Shown: piece after piece, positions 30,302 through 39,621 of the stretch
Numbering within the stretch: position 1 is the stretch's first letter
Layout of the letters: each line of letters opens with the position of its first letter
Assembly: GCA_965116925.1 (NCBI GenBank)
Contig: OZ220744.1
Span: 1,952,001-2,016,000 of the forward strand
DNA length: 64,000 bases
Direction: 5' to 3'
Source of the DNA: Candidatus Poribacteria bacterium
GTDB lineage: Bacteria > Poribacteria > WGA-4E > PCPOR2b
The notes under the pieces: model-generated
What the model saw: only the letters and a program-made list of their open reading frames with translations
Told to the model about the DNA's origin: nothing
The model's database searches: none
Position numbers and translations under genes: made by a program

Positions 30302-30330
30302 GCAATTTAGGTTAAAACAAGGAGAAAACT

Positions 30331-31995
30331 ATGGCAATTTTGGAAGGTGGTCAGATTATTACAAAGGTCCTGAAGCAGGAGAATGTAGAATATCTCTTTA
30401 CACTCTGTGGTGGGACAATCGAATCAATTTACGAAGGGTGCCTAAACGACGGCATCAAGATCATCGACACACGCATAGATCCATCTGCGACGATGATGGC
30501 GGATGCGTATGCGCGGGTCACCGGCGGCGTCGGTGTCAGCGGGGTTACCCGCGGGCCGGGGCACGCTGCGATGATCTACGGGCTAGCGACAGCACACATG
30601 ATGGGCAGCCCACTCTACTCGATCAGTGGCAACAGCGATGCAGATCAGATCGACATGGGCGGTTCTCAGGAATACAATCAGACCGGGTTGGTCAAGCCGA
30701 TTACCAAGTGGACACGGTTAGTCGCGCAGACAGACCGGCTGCCGGAGTATGTCGGCACCGGATTCCGTAAGGCGTTGGGCGGACGTCCGGGCCCCGTCCA
30801 TCTGAACGTGCCTTATGATGTTTTGTACGACAAGATCGACGATGCAGAAATTGATTATCCTGCACCGGCAAACTCCCGTGCGAACGGCAGAGTCCACGGC
30901 GACCCGGAACAGATAGATCGCGCCTTGAAGTTGTTGGCGGGTGCAGAGAGCCCGGTCATTATCGCCGCGGGTGCGACCCACTGGCAGAACGCCGCAGGCG
31001 CACTCTTAGATTTTGTGGAGACAACAGGGATACCCTTTTTCTCAAGGGGCGGAGATGTCAACGCAATTACCCGTCCGCATCCGCTCTTTTTTGGGATGGC
31101 GAGCACCCGATTCGGCAACGCATCAAAGGAGCTGCGTAATGCCGATGTGGTACTTGCCTTGGGGGTTAAATTCGACACAAACATCAGCTACGGCAAACCG
31201 CCGCTCTTTCACGAGGAAGCTAAGTTTATCTGCGTCGATATCGATGCGGAGGAGATGGGCAAGAACCGCCCCTTTGATGTCGGTATCATCGGCGATCTAC
31301 AACCCGTCCTGAACGAGATGACAAACGGCGTTTCCCGACACGATTTTCACAAACCGACAGATTGGGTTGAACGGCTGAACCTCGTCCGTCAAGGTTTTCG
31401 GCAACGTCTCGCTGAAGCGGAGAACTCCGACGGCGTGCCCGTTCATCCGCTGCGTATCTGCAAGGAGGTTCGTGAACTCTTCGGGGATGATGCCACAATC
31501 TCTCTTGATGGTGGAGATGCTTCGCTCTTTTCACACATGGCACTTGATCACTACCATCCACCTTACTTACTGTTCACAGGGCCCATCGGTGGGATTGGGC
31601 AGGGAGTCCCCTTCGCATTGGCGGGTAAGGTGGCGAGACCGGATCATCCGAGCGTCTTAATTACCGGCGACGGCTCCTTCGGTTACGGTATCATCGAGTA
31701 TGATACCGCACTCAAGCATGACCTGCCGATTATTTCAGTCGTCTCAAGCGATGAGGCGTGGGGTATTGTGAGGCACCCACAGATCCAACGCTACGGTTTG
31801 GATCGTGCTGTCGCGACGGATCTCCGGGCGGTTAGTTATGAACGGGTTGCCGAAGCATTGGATTGTTACGGTGAACTTGTCACAAAACCTGATGAGATTG
31901 GTCCGGCACTGCAGCGCGCTGCCGACTCCGGCAGACCGGCGGTAATTAATGTCCCGACAATCTTTACGAGTGCAGCAGCGTACTGTCCACAATAG
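30331..31995 (+). CDS. Thiamine diphosphate-dependent enzyme (acetolactate synthase/2-hydroxyacyl-CoA lyase-like)
   Basis: FTLCGG, MADAYARVTG, TRGPG, GRPGPVHL, ITGDGSFG. Confidence 0.88.
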   Translation: MAILEGGQIITKVLKQENVEYLFTLCGGTIESIYEGCLNDGIKIIDTRIDPSATMMADAYARVTGGVGVSGVTRGPGHAAMIYGLATAHMMGSPLYSISGNSDADQIDMGGSQEYNQTGLVKPITKWTRLVAQTDRLPEYVGTGFRKALGGRPGPVHLNVPYDVLYDKIDDAEIDYPAPANSRANGRVHGDPEQIDRALKLLAGAESPVIIAAGATHWQNAAGALLDFVETTGIPFFSRGGDVNAITRPHPLFFGMASTRFGNASKELRNADVVLALGVKFDTNISYGKPPLFHEEAKFICVDIDAEEMGKNRPFDVGIIGDLQPVLNEMTNGVSRHDFHKPTDWVERLNLVRQGFRQRLAEAENSDGVPVHPLRICKEVRELFGDDATISLDGGDASLFSHMALDHYHPPYLLFTGPIGGIGQGVPFALAGKVARPDHPSVLITGDGSFGYGIIEYDTALKHDLPIISVVSSDEAWGIVRHPQIQRYGLDRAVATDLRAVSYERVAEALDCYGELVTKPDEIGPALQRAADSGRPAVINVPTIFTSAAAYCPQ

Positions 31996-32002
31996 GCTCT
32001 TA

Positions 32003-32259
32003 TCTCATTAGGAGTTACGCACTTCAGTAGGGAACGCAGATCTGCGTTCTCTACGGACTCCTTATGGAGCCTCTGCTGTAGTTGCCCGATTCATCGGGCG
32101 TTGGAGATAGTGTCTTGCGGCGATAAATCGCCGAACTACAGGTATCTGAGTGTTCAACTGCGTAAGTCCTACTCATGTGAAAAAAAGTACAAAGTACGAA
32201 GAGAAACCGAGTTTTTTCGGCAAAACTCGGTTTCTGTTGCACTATTCCTTAGCATGACC
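32003..32259. mobile_element. Nested MITEs: TAGGAGTTACGCA element (32009-32171) inserted in a GGCTCATG-family element
   Basis: Inner TIR TAGGAGTTACGCA/TGCGTAAGTCCTA flanked by CTCAT repeats; the outer element is flanked by direct repeats ATAGGCTCTTA (31992-32002, 32260-32270). Confidence 0.75.
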
Positions 32260-32267
32260 ATAGGCTC

Positions 32268-33119
32268 TTAATGCGCTTGCCAAGATGTCCGCTTTAGGGG
32301 ATCATGCACGCTAATTGTCAGCGAAGGACCAAACCCCTCAATCTCCAGACGCAGATTATCACCATCTTGGATCGGTGCCAAGGCATAGTGATGGGTTCCT
32401 GTGTTTACGACATTGCCGGGTTCAAGCGTTATAACCTTGGTAACCTCTTCTAACACCTCTGGTATAAAACGCGCCATAGAGTCAGAGGAGAAGTCGTGCC
32501 GAAGATCGTCATTAACCCAGAGCTTAATGCCGAGGTCGTTTGGATCGGAGACCTCGTCTGCAGTGACAAGTGCCGGTCCCATCGGAGCGAAGGTATGCCA
32601 GCTTTTTCCGAGGAAGAAACCGCCGGGAAGACCACGGGCAGACACATCGATAAACTGCGTATAACCGAAAACATGATCCATCGCTTCAGCTTGGGAGAGG
32701 TGGCTCGCTGTTTTACCGATGACTACACCGAGTTCAGGCTCGAAGTGGAAAACAGTCGCATTTGTGTCGGGGAGTTGAACCGTATCGCCCTTTCCGACGA
32801 TGCCTGTCGGAGATTTGAGAAAGGCGTTAAAGTCCCCTCGCTCGGGGGCAGCAGGTTCTATATAATTGCCGGCAAGACAGACCAATTGATTCGGTCTAGG
32901 CAGCGGAGCTCTGAGACGAACACTATCGAGCCCTGTCCCGGCATTTCCTTCGGCAGCCTGCGCGATCTGGGGTTGTAGGTTGTCCCAATCTTTGATAAGT
33001 GTTTCGATAAGCTCTTGGGGACTGTGATAGGAAATACCTTCCAATGCCGAAGCGACATCAACGATCTGATCGCCGTCAATTACGCCCAGTTGAAAATCAT
33101 TGAAAAATGCAAGTTTCAT
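32268..33119 (-). CDS. Fumarylacetoacetate hydrolase family protein
   Basis: CLAGNY, FLKSP, HFEPELGVVIG, DVSAR, GKSWHTFAPMGP. Confidence 0.9.
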   Translation of the reverse strand: MKLAFFNDFQLGVIDGDQIVDVASALEGISYHSPQELIETLIKDWDNLQPQIAQAAEGNAGTGLDSVRLRAPLPRPNQLVCLAGNYIEPAAPERGDFNAFLKSPTGIVGKGDTVQLPDTNATVFHFEPELGVVIGKTASHLSQAEAMDHVFGYTQFIDVSARGLPGGFFLGKSWHTFAPMGPALVTADEVSDPNDLGIKLWVNDDLRHDFSSDSMARFIPEVLEEVTKVITLEPGNVVNTGTHHYALAPIQDGDNLRLEIEGFGPSLTISVHDPLKRTSWQAH

Positions 33120-33201
33120 CGAAATCTTCGCTGTGGAACCCCCGTCCCCGATAAATCGGGACTAAAAAGCTTTTAAGGCGGGGAGAAAACAGCGCTCCTT
33201 T

Positions 33202-34209
33202 TTAGATATAGTTAAAGTTTAATCGTGTGAGGACTTTGAAACTCTCACGTTTCGCAGACTGAGTGAGACGTTTGCCCTCCAACGAGTATAGAGAATAACC
33301 TTTTTTCTCCATATATCCACTAACACGAGTCAAACCGTATTTTACATGCTTGACCAACGTGTTCTTGGCTATGCCATTGCACATTGTACCCCCGTAGCGT
33401 GGGCGTCTGCCACCCTGCTGTGGGTTCTGTCTGTGCAATTGCCGCCGTGCAATGGGTATCGGACTGATATAAAACACACCAGTATTGTCCACTTGGTCTG
33501 TATCGCTTCCGATGACATGGTATGCCAAACACCATGAATCTACACAATGGGCGTTGAAGTCGTTCGACATCTTGTTGCCAGACTTCTTGAGTCCGAGCGA
33601 ATCACGAATTGCTTTTGTTTCAAAGCCTTTGAGTGTGGACAATATCCAGCGTTTCTGGATTTCAGCGTAGAACCATTGCTTCCCCACCTCAAGGAGGCTA
33701 AAAGACTCGTTCCAGTGACGGGCACCCTTCTGTGTCTGCGCCTTGATATCCTCAACACAGACATGCGTTATCGGAAACATCGTGGACAGGTAGTTGAGGA
33801 TTCGGAGTTTCCAATCCCACCGTGTCCGTGTGCCGGCCGGTATCCGTTGTTTATTCGCCATGCGGTTGGTGCGGTGCTTCCGATTCGGACACTTCCGTGA
33901 CCGTCTACTCCGCCTCAATTGACGACGGGTTTCAACTTTTTGGCTAACCTTATTATGAGCGTCGGTTTGTACATTCAGATATGTCGATTTCTCTGACTTG
34001 ACAGTGAACCCTTCTTTCTTACTACCGGGGTCAATCCCAATCGCTATATCTTGTGTCTGGGTTCCAGAGGGTTCCACATTCAACCGCACGCAGAATACGC
34101 CATTCCGAAAAAACGGTGTGGCTTTACCGGACTTCACCCACTTCCTTGCCCTTGCGGGTGTGGTCGGCATTAGTGGGTTACGCTTTTTGTCAACGACAGG
34201 AACAAACAT
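33202..34209 (-). CDS. isrB: IsrB RNA-guided nickase (PLMP/RRXRR + split RuvC, no HNH)
   Basis: NPLMPTTPARAR (PLMP), RuvC-I GIDPG, Arg-rich bridge helix RRQLRRSRRSRK, RuvC-II VED, RuvC-III HCVD, RRQLH; 335 aa with no HNH/CxxC insert. Confidence 0.88.
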   Translation of the reverse strand: MFVPVVDKKRNPLMPTTPARARKWVKSGKATPFFRNGVFCVRLNVEPSGTQTQDIAIGIDPGSKKEGFTVKSEKSTYLNVQTDAHNKVSQKVETRRQLRRSRRSRKCPNRKHRTNRMANKQRIPAGTRTRWDWKLRILNYLSTMFPITHVCVEDIKAQTQKGARHWNESFSLLEVGKQWFYAEIQKRWILSTLKGFETKAIRDSLGLKKSGNKMSNDFNAHCVDSWCLAYHVIGSDTDQVDNTGVFYISPIPIARRQLHRQNPQQGGRRPRYGGTMCNGIAKNTLVKHVKYGLTRVSGYMEKKGYSLYSLEGKRLTQSAKRESFKVLTRLNFNYI

Positions 34210-34221
34210 TGTAAATCACTC

Positions 34222-34410
34222 CTGCGGGTGTATGTATTACCCCATCGACATCACGGCATCAGAGTGGATTCAGGCTTGGGGAGCACCCGAACCATCAGTT
34301 AGGCTGCCACGCCTTAGACCCGCGATATAATCGTCTAGTCAACGGTTTAACTTGCAAGTGCCCGTTGGCACGGGATTGCAAGCCTCGCCCTTCAGGACGG
34401 GGTTATTGAC
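34222..34410 (-). ncRNA. omegaRNA (HEARO-like) scaffold; guide expected from flank 34411 to ~34430; 3' boundary approximate
   Basis: Minus strand GTCAA...TTGAC closing stem, nested CTTGCAA/TTGCAAG and CCCGT/ACGGG stems, then GGGTGCTCCCCAAGCCTG and GTCGATGGG motifs, directly upstream of isrB. Confidence 0.75.
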
Positions 34411-34463
34411 CTGATATTTTTCCTTTCGATCTTTGATGATAATAGAATTAAAGGTTCAAGGGG

Positions 34464-35246
34464 CTACTGAGCCCGTGCACACCGAAAACCGTAGTTGCCA
34501 TACGTGTTCGAGGGTAAAGCCCAGTTGCGAAGGGCAACGCGCATCAGTCTCGGACCATAGTTCCACGAGCCACCGCGCAACACGCGAGCTGTTGTCGCAC
34601 TTGTAAAAGAATCTGTAATACTGGTTATAGTGCCGCCCGCAATTGGGTTGGCACGGGGGGAACGCACGTAGAAATCCTCTTGATATTCGTCTAAGCACCA
34701 TTCCCACACATTGCCCGCCATGTCATACAGACCGTACCCGTTAGGCGGATACTTACTCACGGGTGTCGTATTACCAACATTTCTCCCGTAGTTCGCCTTA
34801 CCGCTATCAACGCCCCCCTCCCACGGATACACTTCACCCGACAAACCACCCCGCGCCGTATACTCCCACTCTGCCTCCGTTGGCAGTCGCTTCCCTGCCC
34901 ACTGGGCACAAGCCATCGCTGCATACCAACTCACGTACATAACCGGGTGGTTCGCTTTCCCGCTGGGATAGTTATTCCCATTCCAGTGTCTCAAGTACCC
35001 TCCATCGTAGAACCGTCTATCAATACGATCTTTTTGCCACTGCGGGTTGGCATCAACGAACTCCTTATATTGTGCATTGGTCACCTCATATTTGTCCATA
35101 TAGAACCCATCAATATAGACCGTGTGCAGCAACTGTTCATCGTTATCTCCCTCTAGATCGTTGCTCCCCATCTGAAATTCACCGTCGGGGATCAGCACCA
35201 TCCCTTCAGGAGGCAGCTCTTTGGTCTCCGGTAAATTGGCTTTCAC
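34464..35246 (-). CDS. FGE-sulfatase (SUMF1/EgtB-like) domain protein
   Basis: FQMGS, KYEVTNAQY, RLPTEAEWEY, NGYGLYDMAGNVWEW, RGGSW, GFRC. Confidence 0.88.
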   Translation of the reverse strand: MKANLPETKELPPEGMVLIPDGEFQMGSNDLEGDNDEQLLHTVYIDGFYMDKYEVTNAQYKEFVDANPQWQKDRIDRRFYDGGYLRHWNGNNYPSGKANHPVMYVSWYAAMACAQWAGKRLPTEAEWEYTARGGLSGEVYPWEGGVDSGKANYGRNVGNTTPVSKYPPNGYGLYDMAGNVWEWCLDEYQEDFYVRSPRANPIAGGTITSITDSFTSATTARVLRGGSWNYGPRLMRVALRNWALPSNTYGNYGFRCARAQ

Positions 35247-35298
35247 AAAGAAAATTCCTCAACTAAAAATTTTTAGCCGAACTACAAACTACCCGATG

Positions 35299-36414
35299 CT
35301 ACATACAGAACATTTCAATCATCTGTCCATACACACCGACAGCTTCTGAAAGTTGTGCGATGTCGATCCATTCTCCGACGGTATGGGCTTGGACGATATC
35401 GCCGGGACCGAGAATAACGAGTTGCAAATGATGCTTGAAAGCGTGTGCATCTGTGCCGAATGGTACTGTCCCAGCTTTCGTCGTACCGGTAGCTTTCAGC
35501 CCCGCTTGGACAATCTCCGCATCGGGCGAGACGTAGAACGGTGTGCCCTTTTGCGAGGTGGCTTCAAGATCGTACTTCTCGGCGATTTCCGTTATCATTG
35601 CGATCACATCGTCGCTACGGTCATTTGGCATCGGTCTAAAACTGAGCGTACAGGTTGTTTTCGCTGCGGCGACGTTGGGTCGGCAGCCACCGTCATCAAG
35701 CACCATATTGAATCCATTTGTCGGTGGGTTGAACTCTTTATTCATGAAAGACTCGTCCGTTTTGAACAGTTTTGCCAATTCCGCCATCTCGGCGAGGAAA
35801 GGTGCAATTAGGAAGTTTGCCGAAACCCCTTTGTCTGTGCTTGTATGTGCCGCTCTGCCTTTCGCTGTTACGAAAACCCGTCCGCCGCCCTTGTGTGCGT
35901 AGACAGGGGTCAACCGTGTTGGCTCGGCGATGACACCATGTTTAGGGCGTTCCGCTTTGAAGAATTCCGATTCTTCTGCAACTTGGCGCGCGCCCCTGCC
36001 GCTAATCTCTTCGTCCGCCGTCACGACAATAAAGAGTGGTTTCTTCAAATCGGCGGCATTGACATTTGCGCCCGCAGCAATTGTCGCAGCTAGCGGCCCT
36101 TTCATATCGCAGCTGCCGCGACCAAAAAGACGGCCATCTTGAATCACTGGGTCGAATGGGTCCCACTCTCCCTCCAAGCCGGGAACGGTATCGGAGTGGG
36201 AAAAGAGTCCGAAACCATTGGAACCCTTTCCCTTCTTACCTACCAGACTCACCTTTTGCTCACCATTGTCATCGACGTATTCTAGACGCTCCACCTCAAA
36301 CTCACAGTCCTTTAGCGTATCTTCAAGGAGATCCGAGACCTCCTTATTGCTCCGTTGGCTGACGGAGTTAATCGCTACAATATCCCTAGTCAGTTGAACG
36401 ACATCAAGTCCCAT
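35299..36414 (-). CDS. M20 metallopeptidase, ArgE/DapE-like deacylase
   Basis: HSDTVP, GRGSCDMKG, DEE, AEPT, GTDA, GPGDIVQAHT; start placed at ATG 36414. Confidence 0.85.
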   Translation of the reverse strand: MGLDVVQLTRDIVAINSVSQRSNKEVSDLLEDTLKDCEFEVERLEYVDDNGEQKVSLVGKKGKGSNGFGLFSHSDTVPGLEGEWDPFDPVIQDGRLFGRGSCDMKGPLAATIAAGANVNAADLKKPLFIVVTADEEISGRGARQVAEESEFFKAERPKHGVIAEPTRLTPVYAHKGGGRVFVTAKGRAAHTSTDKGVSANFLIAPFLAEMAELAKLFKTDESFMNKEFNPPTNGFNMVLDDGGCRPNVAAAKTTCTLSFRPMPNDRSDDVIAMITEIAEKYDLEATSQKGTPFYVSPDAEIVQAGLKATGTTKAGTVPFGTDAHAFKHHLQLVILGPGDIVQAHTVGEWIDIAQLSEAVGVYGQMIEMFCM

Positions 36415-36650
36415 CAAAAATGAACTCCTATACAAAATTTGACTCATTCTAAAAAATAAACGATCACTTGTCGTGTAGTCAGAACGAGTAACATGCTTTG
36501 CGAAATTTACTTTTTGAGAATAGATACGGCGATCCCAATAGGTTGCAAAGGTTGGATTAGATTCTCATCGCCCCGCACTTTCTCAAAACCGTGTTATGCT
36601 ACCATATATTTAACAAGGGATCTATAAAAAAACAGTCTCTTAGGGCTATT

Positions 36651-36758
36651 TATAGTGGACATTAGAATTAATGAGACACTCCAAATCGGCGCAGTTGAAA
36701 ACAGCGCCTACCAAATATGGAGAGCGAAGGTGTTCATTTATTTTTTGAATTCACTATA
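36651..36758. mobile_element. MITE-like repeat, TATAGT..ACTATA family (inverted relative to 14354)
   Basis: TATAGTGGACATTAGAATTAAT ... TTTATTTTTTGAATTCACTATA. Confidence 0.65.
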
Positions 36759-37106
36759 GTTTTCCATTTTTTGAGCGATTTCGGGGTGACACGAATCCGC
36801 AGGCGGCGCAGCCGGCCTCCCCACCGTTTGTAGTAGCGCGTTCATTGCGCGTTCTTCCGCCAACTGTCGATAGCATCTTTTATCCGTGTAATCCATTAAT
36901 CCGTGATTCAGACAATAATATGGGAGAATTAAATGACCCTAATAGTCTCTTGATTTTCGTTGACTTTTCATTAAAATACAGGTAAAATGGCTGATGTCGC
37001 ATATCCCCGGACTTGGCTTGTTTACAGAATTTCTTTGGGGATAGGACAATTTTCGGGACCATAACGCACTGTTTGCTAACAACATGACCGCAGGAGGGAA
37101 AGAATA

Positions 37107-37715
37107 ATGAAATGGAAGTTTAGAACTTACCTAATCTGTGTGCTATTTGTCGTGGGTTTCATTGCTTGCGGCGGAGATTCGGAGGATGATGCAGATAAGC
37201 AGCCCGCAAAGCCCGCAACATCGAGCGGTAGCGGTGAAGTTATACAAATTACAGTTGATTTTGCAGCTGAGGAGGAAGCACTGCGAGAAGTTTTCACCCT
37301 ACACGCCGAAGCCATCGGAACGAAGGATCCCGACGAGTTTATGCCGTATTGGTTGAAAAGCGAAAGCGAAGATGTGTTTGTCGCTTGGGATTTTTGGGCA
37401 GGCGCTTTTGAGAAACACCTCGGCTGGCAAGCGATCAAAAAGGGGTGGGAAGGTATTTTTCGCCTGCGCAGCGGCACCATGTCCGTTGAATTTGAAAGCA
37501 TTGCAATCGATAAAATCGCCAAGAACGCCACGTTATACGGCCGCTATCAATGGGCGGTCAGCGGCGGGTTCATCGCATCCATGGTAAAGAAGGACCGCGA
37601 AGACGGGTGGAAAATTCAGCAAGTTGATTACACTAATAAAAAGTTTGGAAACCAAGTTGATGAACTTGAGGATCCTGCGTATGTCAATCCTCCACCCGAA
37701 GATGAACAGGAGTGA
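37107..37715 (+). CDS. Lipoprotein with probable NTF2/SnoaL-like fold, paralog 1
   Basis: Lipobox FIA-C; GWQAIKKGWEGIF; C-terminal DGWKI. Confidence 0.7.
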   Translation: MKWKFRTYLICVLFVVGFIACGGDSEDDADKQPAKPATSSGSGEVIQITVDFAAEEEALREVFTLHAEAIGTKDPDEFMPYWLKSESEDVFVAWDFWAGAFEKHLGWQAIKKGWEGIFRLRSGTMSVEFESIAIDKIAKNATLYGRYQWAVSGGFIASMVKKDREDGWKIQQVDYTNKKFGNQVDELEDPAYVNPPPEDEQE

Positions 37716-37756
37716 ACAAGGGTTACATTACCTATGGAAGGACAGTCTGCTAACAA

Positions 37757-37983
37757 GGCTCATGTAAAAAGCAAAGTCCAAAGAAACCGAGTTTTTTCTT
37801 GAAAACTCGTAGGAGTTACGCACTTGAGTTTGTAGTAGCGCAATTCATTGCGCGTTCTTCCCTCCCCCTGCTTGTGAGGGGATAGAGGGGGGACGGGCGA
37901 TAAATCGCCGAACTACAAGGCTTTGACCATTCAACTGCGTAAGTCCTAAACTCGTTTTTTTTTGCACTAAATCTTAACATGAG
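37757..37983. mobile_element. Nested MITEs: GGCTCATG element containing a TAGGAGTTACGCA element (37810-37948)
   Basis: Outer direct repeat TGCTAACAA (37748-37756, 37984-37992); inner direct repeat AACTCG. Confidence 0.75.
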
Positions 37984-38016
37984 TGCTAACAACATGACCG
38001 CAGGAAGGAGAAAACA

Positions 38017-38625
38017 ATGACACGGAACTTTAGAACTTACTTAACCTGTGCGCTATTTATCGTGGGTTTCATTGCTTGCGGCGGGGATTCTGAAGATGAC
38101 GCAGATAGGCAGCCCACACAGCCGTCCACCCAGCCCTCGACATCGGGCGGTGGTGAAGCGATACAGATTACGGTTGATTATCCAGCTGAAGAAGCCGCAA
38201 TCAGCGAAGTCCTTACCTTGCATGGCGAAGCCATCGAAACGGAAGACTCGAATGCATTTATGGCTCACTGGTTGCGAAGTGAAAGCCAAGATGTCTTTGT
38301 CACTTGGGTCTTTTGGGCAGGAAAGTTGGAGACACACCGCGGTTGGCAAGAGATCAAGAAGGGGTGGGAAGGTATTTTTAATATACGCCGCGGCAAAATG
38401 ACCGTCGAAATTGAAAGGGTCGCAATCAATAAAACCGGGAGAAAAGCGAGTGTGCGCGGCAGCTATCGATGGGCGGTCAACGGTAGGCTAATCGCATTAA
38501 TGGTAAAAGACCGCGAAGAGGGGTGGAAAATTAAACAGATGGATTTCACGGGCGAAAAGTTTGGTAAACAGGTTGAAGAACTCGAAAATCCCGCCTATGT
38601 GAATCCTCCGCCCGAAGATGAATAG
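38017..38625 (+). CDS. Lipoprotein with probable NTF2/SnoaL-like fold, paralog 2
   Basis: Collinear with 37107-37715, including upstream TGCTAACAACATGACCGCAGGA. Confidence 0.7.
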   Translation: MTRNFRTYLTCALFIVGFIACGGDSEDDADRQPTQPSTQPSTSGGGEAIQITVDYPAEEAAISEVLTLHGEAIETEDSNAFMAHWLRSESQDVFVTWVFWAGKLETHRGWQEIKKGWEGIFNIRRGKMTVEIERVAINKTGRKASVRGSYRWAVNGRLIALMVKDREEGWKIKQMDFTGEKFGKQVEELENPAYVNPPPEDE

Positions 38626-38804
38626 AAGTACGTCCCAACTGCGTTAGGGAACAACGATCGTTGTTCCCTACGGGCTCCTTGATAGTGCGTCTACTGTAGT
38701 TACCCGCTTATCCCGATAAATCGGTACAGACGGGATTAAGAAGCGGGTAACTTTATCGAACATAAAACGTAGACTACGCTCAGATCCAGTGCTGTGTTAG
38801 GCGA

Positions 38805-39395
38805 TCAGCCGATAATGAGATGAAATCCGATGCCAGCGATACCCGCGCCTGCATACCGCAGCAACTGTCCCCCATCCTTGATTCTTTCCGTGATAATCCC
38901 AATGAAAACACCCGCAACATGAATGCCGGCGGTTCCCAGCACAAATCCGCAGGCGTAAAACAGGGGCTTAGACAAAGACGGCATCTCAGTTCCATGTGCA
39001 TGACCATGAAATATGGCGAAGAACCCCACAAACACCATCGCTAGTAATGATGAAAGTTTTTTTTCTAAGGCAATTGCAACGCCCAAAGCCAACACAGACA
39101 AAGCTATCCCCACTTCAACTGAAAATAGGGGTATGCCGTTTATTCCAAGAATTCCACCGACGAGCATAACAAGCACAAAAGTCAATGGCACTCTCCATAT
39201 AGCTTGTCCTCCCATTTGCGCGCTCAGAATCCCTACACCTAACATTGCTAGAAGATGATCAAATCCAAGCACCGGATGCGTCAGTCCTGCCATGAACCCT
39301 CCACCGGCCCCTTCATGTGCGTAAGACATACTCGGCAAAAACAATACAGCTCCCAGTATCAACAGAACGACTTTGCTCATAAGCTTTGCCCTCAT
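38805..39395 (-). CDS. HupE/UreJ family nickel/cobalt permease
   Basis: AHEG, HPVLGFDHLLAM, FHGHAHGTE, TAGIH. Confidence 0.9.
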   Translation of the reverse strand: MRAKLMSKVVLLILGAVLFLPSMSYAHEGAGGGFMAGLTHPVLGFDHLLAMLGVGILSAQMGGQAIWRVPLTFVLVMLVGGILGINGIPLFSVEVGIALSVLALGVAIALEKKLSSLLAMVFVGFFAIFHGHAHGTEMPSLSKPLFYACGFVLGTAGIHVAGVFIGIITERIKDGGQLLRYAGAGIAGIGFHLIIG

Positions 39396-39621
39396 AATTA
39401 CTACATTGATGTAATCGTTGGTACAGGTTTCCTAACCTGTACGTAATAGGGATACCTGATTACAATCCTCATGTCTATTCGTGAACGATTCTAACTATTA
39501 TATCGCCAGTGAGTGAAATGGTCAAATTTTTTGTCAATTCCGTCCCATTGTTCCGACGTTTAGGGAACAGTTACTTTGTCCTTATCTCTATACGCTCGTG
39601 TTTCTAATGTGGCACTTATTG

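Larger units (their letters stand above)
33120..34410 (-). mobile_element. Non-autonomous IS200/IS605-family OMEGA element encoding IsrB
   Basis: Left end GTCAATAACCCCGTCCTGAAGGGCGAGGCTTG at 34410, then omegaRNA, isrB, and a right-end hairpin CCCCGCC...GACGGGGG; removing the element rejoins the RBS and ATG of the FAH gene; no tnpA. Confidence 0.85.

Noticed and set aside
33202..34209. Cas9, IscB or TnpB call
   Set aside because: No HNH domain, no CRISPR array and no TnpB zinc finger; PLMP plus RuvC only at 335 aa fits IsrB
34464..35246. Active formylglycine-generating enzyme
   Set aside because: Lacks the catalytic Cys pair after RGGS
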